From the IMG/VR virus record IMGVR_UViG_3300042914_003763, positions 32,001 to 96,000 of that record: a stretch of 64,000 nucleotides of DNA; one strand, given 5' to 3'. The notes below the pieces were generated by a model. It ran no database searches. It was given only the letters and a program-made list of their open reading frames with translations, and was not told the origin of the DNA. Each line of letters begins with the position of its first letter. Within the stretch, counting starts at the first letter, position 1. Below are positions 39,559-50,847 of this stretch, one piece after another. Both the position numbers and the translations under genes were made by a program. The stretch comes from a virus.

Positions 39559-39909
39559 CTATTCTCCTAATTTATAAACAGTTGTAATTTTAGTAGGTTT
39601 ACCCATCCAAGATTCTAAAGGTATTAACGATAACCAATCTGCTAATGATGGTATCTTACCTAAATCTTCAAGGATATGTAATTCAGCAATTTCTCTTACA
39701 CTAACTAATTTACCATCTTTGGTAGTTATATTATGCCCAAATATTTGTTCCATAACATAACAACCGTGTGCATGATGATATAAGGCGCGATGTTGCATAC
39801 TAGCATAAGATTGTTTGCTACTATCTAACATATCGTGAATAGGTAAATAATCTTCGGGAATGCCGCCCCATTTTTTAACCGAAGTTAATGCGTGTTCGTA
39901 TGGCTTCAT
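39559..39909 (-). CDS. DUF6915-like His-rich protein
   Basis: HA..SVKKWGG.PEDY..IH..D.SK, HRA..HH, AE.HI.EDLG. Confidence 0.7.
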   Translation of the reverse strand: MKPYEHALTSVKKWGGIPEDYLPIHDMLDSSKQSYASMQHRALYHHAHGCYVMEQIFGHNITTKDGKLVSVREIAELHILEDLGKIPSLADWLSLIPLESWMGKPTKITTVYKLGE

Positions 39910-40248
39910 CTTTTTTCTATCTTATCTAATCAATGTACCGTACTAGTATTTCCTGATCTAACTTAACTAACCATCTTATTAACGTAATATAACAAGGTGG
40001 TTGTAGTTCTGCTAGTAAGTAAACTAAGTCAGCAATTAAGTTGCGTATTATAGTTATGATATTGTTTTTCATTCTTTTACCTCTACTTCAACAACTTCAA
40101 CATCTTGATCGCCATCAACAATTAATATACCAGCTATTTCATGTGCTAGTGATTCATCATCTGTAGTACCACTAACAGGATTACCGTTATTATCTATAAC
40201 TTGATATTGGGACATAGTTAATATAATAGGTAGAAAAATAGTAGTTAA

Positions 40249-40697
40249 TTAAATACCAGACTTAACAAGTTGTTCATTTTCTTCCCTTACCATTTTATTT
40301 CTATCTAGTAACAATTGTTTTTCTTTTTCACTAGCTAATAATCTTTCTAATGATTCAATATAGTTCTTAGGTAATGTACTTTGTCTAGCTTGTTTAAACG
40401 CTTTAACTAAATTAACTTTTGCTTGTCTAACTTCAGGTGTGTTTTTGAGTAAGTTAATGAAAGATAAGATTGATCTTCATTCAGGTAATAATACGTTTCA
40501 GCTTGTCCGAAACCTCCTTGTGGTAAGGATTTACCCTGCGCCGCTACCAGCGTCACCTCACCAAACACTTCAAAATCCGATTGATAAGTACATATTAAAT
40601 CTTTCAGTGACTTATGTTGAATACCAAGTTCCTCAGCAATTAATCTTAAATCAACCACTAAATTTGAATTAATCAACTGTACTGTTAAATTACTCAT
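40249..40697 (-). pseudogene. Rha-family regulator with -1 frameshift in an A5 run
   Basis: IAEELGIQHK...LNEDQ..L.LTYSK; one extra A restores NTPEVRQAKVNLVKAF...LVKSGI* (150 codons). Confidence 0.75.
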
Positions 40698-40788
40698 TCT
40701 AAATTCCTCTTAATTTAGGTAGAAAAAATAGTAAACATCAATTAAGTATTTATACTAAACTAGAGTCAGTAACTCCTGACTCACATAA

Positions 40789-41577
40789 CTAAATACCACT
40801 TTGTACTAATCTAATTGTTGCAATAATATAAGCAACTTTACGTCCAACAAAGATAGTTCGATTACGATTATTTTTCAATGGATTTTTACCTTCTAACAGT
40901 CGAAAATATTGGGCTGATCGTTTAGATATAGTAGCCCAATATTCAGGTTCTAATCTTTCTTCAACCCTTGTATTATTCCATTCAATTAGAAAGTCATTAA
41001 TGCTAATTCCATTTGAATATAGTAAATCACTAACTTCATTTTTGCTTATCTCAAGTAATTCTAAAAACTTATCATATTCAGATACTTCATCTTTAAAATC
41101 GTTTAAGTCTTGATTTTCATCTTTCAATTCTTCATTTTCTTCAATTAATTTAATAGCTTCTAATTGTAATCGTTGTTTTTCTTCTTCAACTGCAATCAGC
41201 TTCTTCAATGCGTCAATATATGAATCAGGAGTTTGAGTTAGCGTTGCTGTACTTTTAACTTCATACCCAGATAATTGATGTAGAAATACTCTGATACCTA
41301 ATATTGCAATTTTATCCGCTAATTCAGGATTATCATTTCTCAACCATTTAACGATAAGATGTTCTGGAATTAGTGCAATTGCTTGTAATCCGCCTCTGGT
41401 AAGGACTTCCGCCGTTTTTATTTCATTTAATTCACACCCTTTACATCTTTTTGATATGGTTGATCTATCTTTACCACTCATCCGAGCATAACCGCTTATA
41501 CTAGCAAAACTCTCGCCTGTTGTATTGTTGATATAAATCTCAATACCGTCTTGATTAAATGCTGTTAAATTACTCAT
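40789..41577 (-). CDS. Antirepressor-like DNA-binding protein with coiled coil
   Basis: DGIEIYIN..TGESFASISGYARMSG; PDSYIDALKKL. Confidence 0.7.
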   Translation of the reverse strand: MSNLTAFNQDGIEIYINNTTGESFASISGYARMSGKDRSTISKRCKGCELNEIKTAEVLTRGGLQAIALIPEHLIVKWLRNDNPELADKIAILGIRVFLHQLSGYEVKSTATLTQTPDSYIDALKKLIAVEEEKQRLQLEAIKLIEENEELKDENQDLNDFKDEVSEYDKFLELLEISKNEVSDLLYSNGISINDFLIEWNNTRVEERLEPEYWATISKRSAQYFRLLEGKNPLKNNRNRTIFVGRKVAYIIATIRLVQSGI

Positions 41578-41734
41578 TCCAATTTCCTCTTAAATTAGGT
41601 AGAAAAATAAGGGGTAATAACACCCCTTATTATAATTAAACTGATGTTACAAATCGTGTTTGGGAATCATAGTAATGAAATTCACTGTTGTACCAATAAT
41701 GACTACAGTTACTACTATTTTCATATCACAACTC

Positions 41735-42052
41735 CTATTTACTCAAAGCTTGTTCTAACTTATCTAACTTAATATCAATAAGTTCTTCTAACTCTTCATT
41801 AGTTACATCAAATATTAACATAACTTGTTGTAACATTATGTAAACATCTGCTAATTCAGTTTTAACGTCAACATCTGTTACTTTACCGTAACGATATTGT
41901 TGTAACGCTAACGATAGTTCAGTTAGTTCTTGTACTACATGGATAAGTTGTTTATCTTGTCCCCATTTACTTATAGCTTGTTTAGCTAAGTCAGGTAATC
42001 TACTTTTCGCGCTTGCTTGATTCATTTGTCCTTGTTTAATGTTCATATCCAT
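41735..42052 (-). CDS. MazG-like NTP pyrophosphohydrolase
   Basis: WG...Q...QELTEL...ELADV.IML.Q. Confidence 0.7.
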   Translation of the reverse strand: MDMNIKQGQMNQASAKSRLPDLAKQAISKWGQDKQLIHVVQELTELSLALQQYRYGKVTDVDVKTELADVYIMLQQVMLIFDVTNEELEELIDIKLDKLEQALSK

Positions 42053-42074
42053 TATATTATTCCTCTATTTGTAG

Positions 42075-44171
42075 TTAGTTAATAGTACCGATCTTGTTGA
42101 TGATTTTGTTCACTTCAGAAATATAGAAGTCGTAATCTATATTATAATCTGCAAAATGCTGCACATCATAGTAGTTGTTGAACATAGTTATGTATGCTCC
42201 TACTGGTGATAAGCTTATTTCACGATCACCTAATACTTGTTCCTTAACTTTGATAGTGGGAATATTAACTCCCTCTAACAAAATATCTTTAAACTTCTTC
42301 ATTCTACCAGTAGCAGGATTAATGCGACTCTCTTCATGATATAAGTGACTCATTCTTATACCACGTTGTACTAATCTTTCTTGGGTTACTTGTGCATTAT
42401 GTTCAACTTTCTTGATGATATTACCAGTAATAGTTGTTTCAGTTACAGTAGGTTTAGACATAAAAAACCTAACTGTCTTTTGTACTTCTTGTTTACTTAC
42501 GATTGTTTCTTCTTGTGTTAATAAGTTTTTTTCTATCTGAAATAGGTAAGTTACAAATTGAGAAGATGTTTTCTGTGACATACAGAAGTCGTATATGTCA
42601 TCGTGTTGATATAAAAACTCTTCTACATCTACACCATCAAAATAATATGCTTGTAATGCTTTAGCTATTACAGGAAATTCAAAACCTTTAAGTATTCCAC
42701 CTTGAGGAATAAATATACCTTTAGTTTTCTTCTTACCGTCTGTAGTTAAAGCCGCATAATTATTTATATCTCTTCTTACATAGGTAGAAAAGTATGATTC
42801 TTCTAATGTGAATCGTGATTCTTTCTCCCATTCTTTATATAAACATCTAACACCTTCTAACTGATCCTTTTTAATGTGTAGTAATAAACCATCTGTATTA
42901 GCAGAAATAACCTTATAACCCGCTAAATATAACCGTTCAATCAACATCAGAATCCAAAGTTGGTTGTTGATAGTAACTTTATACGTACACTGGGGATCAT
43001 ATAAAAAGTAATACGGAAAATTAAAGAGACCATAAATTGTATTAATTTTTATCTTCATACCAGCTTCTAGTACGGAGTACAAGACATTTTCTTGTTTATG
43101 TTTTTTGTACCATAATCGTTTAGATACAACCTCTTCTACTAACGGAATAAATATATCAACATCTAAGTGAGCAGGACAGACCTTATTGTTAATAATTGCA
43201 GTTGGGTATTGTGATGCGATGTCAATATCAAGTAACAATTCATCGTCTGGTACTTTAACAATTAACGGTGTATCTACGCTATGAATACCACCTAATGCTA
43301 CAGTGTAAGTCATTCCACCGTATTCAAGTTCTGGTATATCGCATACGAACTTATCATCATTTTTTCTAACTATGTTAAGTGTCTTAATGAGATAGAAAAA
43401 AGATTGTAGTTCTGGTGTTGTAAAGTTGATTTGAGGGAGGACTATATCTTTAATTGAAATATTCTCACGTGGAGTTCGTAAATATTTAAGTTGTTTAATA
43501 TCGGTATTAGGGTTCTTTTCTAATATCTTTTCGTAGTAAAACTTATCAAACAACTTCTTAGCAATGTAGCTATCAGCCGAACTTAATACATCAATCTTGT
43601 AATGTTGAGATAGCACTTGGCGCATCTCTAATCTTTTTTCTATATGATTGAGAATTTTAAGTGTTATATCAACGTCATTCTTGTTGTAATCAACTAATAG
43701 ATCAAACTCTTCATCTGTTATTTCTTTATCGTAATCAACAGGTAAGTCTTGAATAATAGGATGTTTAAGGTTAACTGCTACAGCTTTGAGTGACTTGACA
43801 CTATATCCTTCACGTATAACTTCTAATAAATCAAGACTATAAAGAAAGTTACTGTTGTATTTGTATGGATTCTTATTACCCTTAATCAGTGTTTGTGAAA
43901 ACTCCCATAACTCAAGTAGTGTTATATCTTTGTTGTAAATTAGATGATCAATAACACCATTATCAAACTGTAATGAGTTATAACCAATCCAACATCTAGG
44001 ATTACTCTTATTAGTGATTAAATTAAGTAACTCATTAATATTATTCTTGTCTTTGTACCAAGAGTAAATACGATATTGCTTAACCTTTAATGAATAACAA
44101 GTAACAACAAGTGCATTTTTAAATATCTCAACGTCGTATATTATTCCTGTTTGTTCTAGTTGCTCTAACAT
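42075..44171 (-). CDS. Family-B-like DNA polymerase with 3'-5' exonuclease
   Basis: YDVE, GYN..FD, YN.ND exo motifs; DIASQYP, K.KIN..YG, ANTDG polymerase motifs. Confidence 0.9.
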   Translation of the reverse strand: MLEQLEQTGIIYDVEIFKNALVVTCYSLKVKQYRIYSWYKDKNNINELLNLITNKSNPRCWIGYNSLQFDNGVIDHLIYNKDITLLELWEFSQTLIKGNKNPYKYNSNFLYSLDLLEVIREGYSVKSLKAVAVNLKHPIIQDLPVDYDKEITDEEFDLLVDYNKNDVDITLKILNHIEKRLEMRQVLSQHYKIDVLSSADSYIAKKLFDKFYYEKILEKNPNTDIKQLKYLRTPRENISIKDIVLPQINFTTPELQSFFYLIKTLNIVRKNDDKFVCDIPELEYGGMTYTVALGGIHSVDTPLIVKVPDDELLLDIDIASQYPTAIINNKVCPAHLDVDIFIPLVEEVVSKRLWYKKHKQENVLYSVLEAGMKIKINTIYGLFNFPYYFLYDPQCTYKVTINNQLWILMLIERLYLAGYKVISANTDGLLLHIKKDQLEGVRCLYKEWEKESRFTLEESYFSTYVRRDINNYAALTTDGKKKTKGIFIPQGGILKGFEFPVIAKALQAYYFDGVDVEEFLYQHDDIYDFCMSQKTSSQFVTYLFQIEKNLLTQEETIVSKQEVQKTVRFFMSKPTVTETTITGNIIKKVEHNAQVTQERLVQRGIRMSHLYHEESRINPATGRMKKFKDILLEGVNIPTIKVKEQVLGDREISLSPVGAYITMFNNYYDVQHFADYNIDYDFYISEVNKIINKIGTIN

Positions 44172-44275
44172 AGTTAACCTCTACTTATTACAAAGATCCG
44201 CTATCTTATTAGAGTAGCGGATCTATTAAGTTATTGTTCATAATGTAGTAACTCTAATTAACTACTCTTACTTAA

Positions 44276-44887
44276 TCAAGCTGCGTAACGTTTAACCGTA
44301 TTAGGTGATTTAAACTCAATTACATTACTGTTACGTGGAGCATATTCAACTACTTGAGGTTGTCTCTTCTGCATCCATGAATTAACAATAACTAATCGCT
44401 TACCTTGTACTACTGCTTCAATGTCATAAAACTTATCAACAGCATCACCACGTATATTACCGTAACGATCTTCATATTCGCTACCAGCTAACGTACCTAC
44501 CAACTTAATCTTTTGGTTATACCTACCTTTTTGCATCTTAACTAATACAAATTGGTGATTAATGTTTTCGTAGATTACCTTACCAGAAATACGAACTACA
44601 TCCCATTCAATATCATCTGGATTCTGATATACTACAACACCGATTACTATGAAGTCAAGATAAGGTGGTTGTTCACCTTCATATTCATAGTAATCGTTAC
44701 TATCATTAGGATTAAGTGTATTAGGTACAAGAACTAAAGCTGACTCTTTTGATAAATCAATTTCACCATCGTCAACTAATCTTTGTACCTTGTAAGAAAG
44801 GGTAGCAGGATATGAGCTACCCAAAATGTTAACTACGTTGTTATCAAAAGTCCCCTTCGTTACTAATCTCGCCATCTGCTTGTTCAT
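44276..44887 (-). CDS. Hypothetical protein in replication module
   Basis: ORF between helicase and polymerase; ends NVIEFK...YAA. Confidence 0.6.
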   Translation of the reverse strand: MNKQMARLVTKGTFDNNVVNILGSSYPATLSYKVQRLVDDGEIDLSKESALVLVPNTLNPNDSNDYYEYEGEQPPYLDFIVIGVVVYQNPDDIEWDVVRISGKVIYENINHQFVLVKMQKGRYNQKIKLVGTLAGSEYEDRYGNIRGDAVDKFYDIEAVVQGKRLVIVNSWMQKRQPQVVEYAPRNSNVIEFKSPNTVKRYAA

Positions 44888-46721
44888 CTATCTTACTCAA
44901 CTGTTCGCATCGAAATGTACGATCTGGAAAACCTACCAGATAATATATATGATACTTATCAGTTGTGTTATATTCCACTTTTTCAACAGAAGTTGAGATA
45001 TACTCATTTTCCACTTCAACAGTAACCGGAGTAGAGATAGAAAAAAGTGGTGGACGTACCATTAACCAAAGTAAGTTTTTAACTTCAGGTGTTAATAACT
45101 CCATTATCTTAACGCGCAAATCAGTCTTCCAACTATTAGTTAATTCCTTGTAACGTACCACATCATTAGTTAATACAGCTTCAGTTACAAGTTCAGCTTG
45201 ACGTTTAATTAAATCTTGTTGCAATTTCACCTCTTCTTCTTTTTGCTTGTTACGTTCAATGGCTTCATCTTCCTTATCTAAAAAGTGAGTTAACCAAGTT
45301 TCACCAGTTTTAGGAATGGCATATAACCATCTTTTTTTTCTACCTGACCTATCAGCATAGTAGATGATTCCTTCGCTGTTAATCATGTCATTGAGGCGTT
45401 CTATGACAAGTTCACGATCTTCACCAACAGCATTAATTAATTCTTCTAGTGTGTAACCAAATGGTAAGCTATGACGGTCATCATATTCAATGTCGCCCCA
45501 TTGTTCATCCCATTGATACCATTTCTCAAACAATAATCGTAACAAGTTATTTTGTAATTGTAAGTTTTCAGGCGTTAATACAGTTTCCTTAATTACTTCT
45601 AATCTCCAACTACAAGCTTCACCATATATCAACTTGTATTGAATAGTTACAGGATCACCATCTCTAGGTATAGTATGAAGTTCGTTGTAATTACCGTTAT
45701 TAGGATCTTCTTTTCTAGTTAAGATAGCCATACCATCGTTAGTGCGACTTATCTTACTACTACCAGCAATACTATCTATTTTTTCTACCTGTGTTTTAGT
45801 ACCGCCATTATAGCTAGTTTTATTATTGTGATGTAGTAATACAATAGTGAAATCGTTTTCATGCGCCATTGTTTGTAAGCCATATAACGCATTACCAATT
45901 TCACTACTAACATCAGTTAACCCTGATTGTCTGATACTACCATTAAGACTATCAATAACAACTAACTTACAATCGTATTTCTTAACTAGTTCTAGTAACT
46001 CTACTTGATGAGTTACTATATCTAAGTTTTTACATAACGTAATACGATTACTGTAAATTAACTCATTATATTGATTAAAATCTTCAAGTTCTAACGTTTG
46101 TAAACCACCAGTTCGTAATCGTTTAGCTGTTGTTTTACGAACATTTTCCTCATTTTGTACAAACAACACATTACCTTGTAAAACTGGACGATTGAGAAAA
46201 TCAATACCAGTAGCTACTGAAATAGTGAGACAACTACCATAAACAGATTTACCAGACTTAGCTTGTGCTGGTACAAGTATCATACCACCTAACGGAATAA
46301 TACCTTTAACTAAATCACGATTAGTTTTAATATCACTATTAAGCAACTCACCTAATGTATATACCTCAATAGGTGATTCCTTAATACTGTAAGATTCGAT
46401 AATTTTTTCTACCTCTCTCTTATCATTAAGATGACGATTTAACCATAATGCTAACTGTGCTTTTTTTCTACCTTTAGTATATGCTTCGGTAGTATTATGT
46501 AAATCAATAACCCTTAACTTAATCTCTTCAATCATTATTTGATCGAAGTCGCTTTGAATAGTATCATATTGCTTACGATAAATAGCACAACCTTCTGCTA
46601 ACTTAACAATTACTTCTTCGTTATTGAAGTTAATTAATGATCGTAAGTAGTTATAATATTCTTGTTCAAGTTCTTGTAATGTTAATAAATTATCAGTTAG
46701 CGTATCTTGAGCAGTAGTCAT
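44844..46721 (-). CDS. RepA/AAA_25-type replicative helicase
   Basis: AQAKSGKS Walker A, LVVIDSL Walker B, LLHHNNK, AGSS. Confidence 0.88.
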   Translation of the reverse strand: MTTAQDTLTDNLLTLQELEQEYYNYLRSLINFNNEEVIVKLAEGCAIYRKQYDTIQSDFDQIMIEEIKLRVIDLHNTTEAYTKGRKKAQLALWLNRHLNDKREVEKIIESYSIKESPIEVYTLGELLNSDIKTNRDLVKGIIPLGGMILVPAQAKSGKSVYGSCLTISVATGIDFLNRPVLQGNVLFVQNEENVRKTTAKRLRTGGLQTLELEDFNQYNELIYSNRITLCKNLDIVTHQVELLELVKKYDCKLVVIDSLNGSIRQSGLTDVSSEIGNALYGLQTMAHENDFTIVLLHHNNKTSYNGGTKTQVEKIDSIAGSSKISRTNDGMAILTRKEDPNNGNYNELHTIPRDGDPVTIQYKLIYGEACSWRLEVIKETVLTPENLQLQNNLLRLLFEKWYQWDEQWGDIEYDDRHSLPFGYTLEELINAVGEDRELVIERLNDMINSEGIIYYADRSGRKKRWLYAIPKTGETWLTHFLDKEDEAIERNKQKEEEVKLQQDLIKRQAELVTEAVLTNDVVRYKELTNSWKTDLRVKIMELLTPEVKNLLWLMVRPPLFSISTPVTVEVENEYISTSVEKVEYNTTDKYHIYYLVGFPDRTFRCEQLSKIDEQADGEISNEGDF

Positions 46722-47538
46722 CTATCAATCTCCTTATGTCGTAATCACGTCCTGCAATATCAACTATATCGTCACCATCACTCATAGTGTGAGCAGCTTC
46801 ACCATAATCAAATATGAAGTATGGTTTACTAACAGCCCAACAAGCTTGCATAACAGCAGTAGCTTTTTTTCTACCCCTCTCATCATTATCAGGTAGAAAA
46901 ATAACTGATGTAATCTTAGGGTTAGTTAAGTTACTTGCTATGTAACTAACGTCCTCTTGTGCAAAAGTAGGTGCTGATAAACAAACATAATCTGTATTTC
47001 GCATAATATAGTCGGCGCATTTTTCGCCTTCTGTCATTAATACACTACCTGATGTTGTAACATAACTACTACCATATAACCCAAAATTATTACTACGTCC
47101 ATAAGTCCAATTAGAATTAATATTTGTACGGTATTTAGGGTAGAGTTCTTTTTTTCGTTCATCATTATAATCAACTCTCTCAACACAAGATAAGGTAGAA
47201 AAAATATAAGTGGTAATGGTGCGATCTGATAAACGCCTTACTTTAGGTAATTGATAAGTTGAAGTTCGTTTAATGGGTGGATCTAATGAAGTAGGAATAA
47301 CAGGTTTAATGAATGAACTAATTGGAGGTGGTAAGTTAGAAGTTGTTATTGGATTAGCACCTAATTTAGTTCGTATTGAATTAGGTGAACAGTTACCTGT
47401 ATAACAACTATACTTACCTGTGTTCTTATGACACTTTAACTTACCACCACAAACAGGACACTCAAATGTGTATTCTGTTCCTAATTCATTAATCAAGTTC
47501 AACTTACCAGCGTGATAATAATCAGCTAGTTTGAACAT
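46693..47538 (-). CDS. DNA primase (Zn finger + TOPRIM)
   Basis: CPVC...CYTGNC; EGEKCA; PDND..G; GDDIVD. Confidence 0.88.
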   Translation of the reverse strand: MFKLADYYHAGKLNLINELGTEYTFECPVCGGKLKCHKNTGKYSCYTGNCSPNSIRTKLGANPITTSNLPPPISSFIKPVIPTSLDPPIKRTSTYQLPKVRRLSDRTITTYIFSTLSCVERVDYNDERKKELYPKYRTNINSNWTYGRSNNFGLYGSSYVTTSGSVLMTEGEKCADYIMRNTDYVCLSAPTFAQEDVSYIASNLTNPKITSVIFLPDNDERGRKKATAVMQACWAVSKPYFIFDYGEAAHTMSDGDDIVDIAGRDYDIRRLIDDYCSRYAN

Positions 47539-47544
47539 TGTTAA

Positions 47545-48691
47545 TTATCTCATACTAACTATTAATTCTTCGTAACTATCAGATAACTTAACAACGTAAT
47601 TACATAATTCATTCATATCTTCAATTACGTTATTTGTCCAATTACCTTCTTGATGTAACTTAACTGCTATTTCTTTTAACTTATTAAGTATTTCTTCATT
47701 ATCAACATCAGGAGAATAAGCATAGTTAGTATTATGATAAGCAACTGAAAAATGATTATCGTCATAATGTGAACTCACTTGTACATTAAATAAATGACCA
47801 TCACTAGTAACACTAAAAGATCCGCTTTCGTATATTAAGTAAGTTGTCATAACTAAATCCATTCTTCTACATCAACAACAGGATAACCATTAGGTACATT
47901 ACGTAACCACATAGCTTTATTACGATCATAATCAGCAATACAATACCAAGTGCCGCCAATTAATTGACGTATTAACTGAATAGATGTAATTAAGTTAATT
48001 AAGTTATTTAGCATAACCATTCTCCATCTTGATAAATAGTAGTTGTTTCTTCTTGAAATCTGTTAAACGCAATATATTCTATATTTGAAATATAAAATTC
48101 ATACCACGTTAGACAATCCTCACTAATGTAATAACGACATTGAAATAAAGTTGGATATAAATCTGACTTATTTAATTCAACATTATCTAATTCAATAACT
48201 ATCCTACCAAAGTTAACAGTAGTTGTGATATTACCAGTTATTCTTTCTATATTATTGCAATTAACTAATGTTCTTCTTATATCAGCTAATTGAATAAGTA
48301 TTAATTCAAGTAACTCTTTATTGTGTGTCATTTCCATACTCCATCTTCAAATAACAACTCTACGTCATTAACAGTACAACGAAAACCACGACTAGTAACA
48401 CTAAGATGATCAACAAATAAGTTATCTAACTTAACATAACTAGCACTAACAATACACTTCTTATCAACATTCATATTGATATTGTTAGCAACACAAAAGT
48501 TATATAGTAACAACAACTTCTGTTTGATTAACTCTACTTCTGTTAGTTGCATTATTATCTCCAATTACTAAGTCAATTAGTGTTTGTAATTGTAAAGGAT
48601 TACGTTTATCGTCACAATTACCGGGACAATAGATAGAAAAACAATAGGGGCATTCTAACATAACAACACCTTTAACTAAACAATGTCGCAA
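47545..48691 (-). other. Small hypothetical ORFs (47545-47862, 48008-48337, 48328-48564, 48500-48691)
   Basis: Co-oriented short ORFs. Confidence 0.5.
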
Positions 48692-49542
48692 CGTAATGGA
48701 AGATAACCACCGCCATCAGCTTGTAGTTCCATTTCTCGCCAATTAATTTTTTCTTGATTAGCATAACCTACAATCATTTTTTGCATCCATTCCCAATAAA
48801 ACTGTAATGAATCAGGATTGATGTAGTAAACAAAAGGTTGTCTACAAGTAGGAGTTATGCCGACTATGAACGCTTTGTTGAATGGATAACTACAATTAGT
48901 ACGTTGATTAAGTGCCGCACTGTAAGCGGCTAACTGAACACAGTATTGCATCAAAGGATAAAAAGGTTCGCCGTTATATGGGCGTACAACAGGTTCTTTT
49001 GTTTTGTAAGTCTTACCATCAGGTTTAAGAATTAACCACGATTTCCAATCCTTTAAAGCAGGTATATAACCATCACTAACTGTTTCTCCCGTATCACGAA
49101 TTATTAAACGGCTACCATCAATGTAACCAATAAAATCAACGTTACCAGCAAAACCACCTACACCTTCTCGATACCAATATGTAGTTTGTTCAACAGCAAT
49201 CGGTTTGATAATAGGAAATAACTTTTTTTCTACCTTACTAAAACAAGCGTAGTTAATTGATCCATCATCTATTGGTACTTGATTATGTGAGAAATATTTT
49301 TCTATTAGATTATGAATCTTAGTACCAGCATTAGCAGCTTTAGTTGTTATAGCATTAGCATTTTCATGACCTACTTTATCACGCCAAGCAAATAAAGCTG
49401 TTTTATCTTTATGATAATCAATCTGAGTAGTTACAGATTTAAGGTGTTTACTGAAGCTACCGTCATGTTCTACTATCTCATAATGTCTACCACTACCATC
49501 TTGCTTAGTTACCTGTTTAGAACTGAAAGTATTAACTATCAT
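48676..49542 (-). CDS. PD-(D/E)XK exonuclease (RecB/Cas4-like recombination nuclease)
   Basis: SVTT, GT.IH..IE, AG.VD, DWKS, QLAAY. Confidence 0.85.
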   Translation of the reverse strand: MIVNTFSSKQVTKQDGSGRHYEIVEHDGSFSKHLKSVTTQIDYHKDKTALFAWRDKVGHENANAITTKAANAGTKIHNLIEKYFSHNQVPIDDGSINYACFSKVEKKLFPIIKPIAVEQTTYWYREGVGGFAGNVDFIGYIDGSRLIIRDTGETVSDGYIPALKDWKSWLILKPDGKTYKTKEPVVRPYNGEPFYPLMQYCVQLAAYSAALNQRTNCSYPFNKAFIVGITPTCRQPFVYYINPDSLQFYWEWMQKMIVGYANQEKINWREMELQADGGGYLPLRCDIV

Positions 49543-49924
49543 TACGTTACTTCATTAACTACATCTTGTTAGTGTAGCTTATTTGTTTACCATATTTAAT
49601 TACAAAAAGAAAAGATGCAGTTGTTATCTGCATCTTGTTATTACTACTTGTTAATTACTTTTCCGATGGTTTATATGATAACGCTAACAACTCACCAAAG
49701 CATTTCAAAAAAACTGCATCAGTAAATCCAATAGGCTTAATTCCATATTTCGGTGCTAAGTAGTTAAATACAAACATTATTATTAGTGATGCTAATAATG
49801 TGAATACTACGTTAGCTATACCATTTTTAATGAACTTTTCCCAATTAATCTTCATTTCAAATAATCCTCATAAGAGATAGAAAAATAAGTTAATAAGGAG
49901 TTAATCACTCCTTACTTTAATCAA

Positions 49925-50392
49925 TTAAAAGTTGTCAGATGCAGATGGTAATTCTTCGTTGGAAGATGCACCGTTAGCACCATCGTCAGACTTCTTAGGT
50001 GACATAGGAGGCTTGTTAAACTTAGTAACCTCACGTACATCGTATTCAATATAAGACTTACCTTCATAGACTCTAGAGCTTTGTATAACGTAACCTTCAA
50101 TGCTGAATTGCGCCCCCTTCTTGATTTTCATCCATTCTTGATCTGGATCAATGAATGCAAATACCTTATCAGCACCAGGAACATTTTCCCAGATATTAAT
50201 AGTAATCCACTGTGTTTGATTTTCCCAGTTATCATCTACTTTTTTTCTACCCGCACTTGCAGCTAAACTAAACTTGATAACTCTAGTATTATTGACATCG
50301 CGTACTTCAGGATCTTTACCTAAGTTACCACTAACTTTAATTTCAAAACCAGTAGGAGCTAAAACGTTATAACGGATTTGTAAGTCTGACAT
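49925..50392 (-). CDS. ssb: Single-stranded DNA-binding protein
   Basis: GNLGKDPEVR, FSLA, TQWI, acidic tail ending DNF; start at MSDLQ. Confidence 0.88.
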   Translation of the reverse strand: MSDLQIRYNVLAPTGFEIKVSGNLGKDPEVRDVNNTRVIKFSLAASAGRKKVDDNWENQTQWITINIWENVPGADKVFAFIDPDQEWMKIKKGAQFSIEGYVIQSSRVYEGKSYIEYDVREVTKFNKPPMSPKKSDDGANGASSNEELPSASDNF

Positions 50393-50847
50393 AATAGTTG
50401 TTCCAATAAAAAATAGTAGTTTTCGGTAATAGTGATATCGTAACACAACTAGGAGTTGATTACTGTTATTATTCACTTACAATTTGTAATTTAACTTTGA
50501 GTGATCCTATTACAGTTAAACACCTCAGAAGTTAGCACCAATATTAATCATTTATTTTTATCGCTTTATTTATTTCATTAACTGAATACCAACATTTAAC
50601 TTCAGTTAACGAATAAAATTTAATATTGTTAAGGTGACTATCTTCTTCAATAAATAAACCACGACTGAAATAACCAATACACCATCCGTCATCAGTAGTT
50701 AGGAAAACAATATGTTGTTCATAAGATGGTAGTTTTTCAGAAGGTTCGTAAATTGTAATATTAACGTTTTTCATTATCATTTATTGCTTCAAATTAATAA
50801 AGAGATAGAAAAGTATTAAGGGGCGACTTAACACCCCTTGAAGTTAA

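Noticed and set aside
42200-42420. Apparent insertion near the DNA polymerase C-terminus as an intein
   Set aside because: Too short, with no C/S...HN splice motifs.
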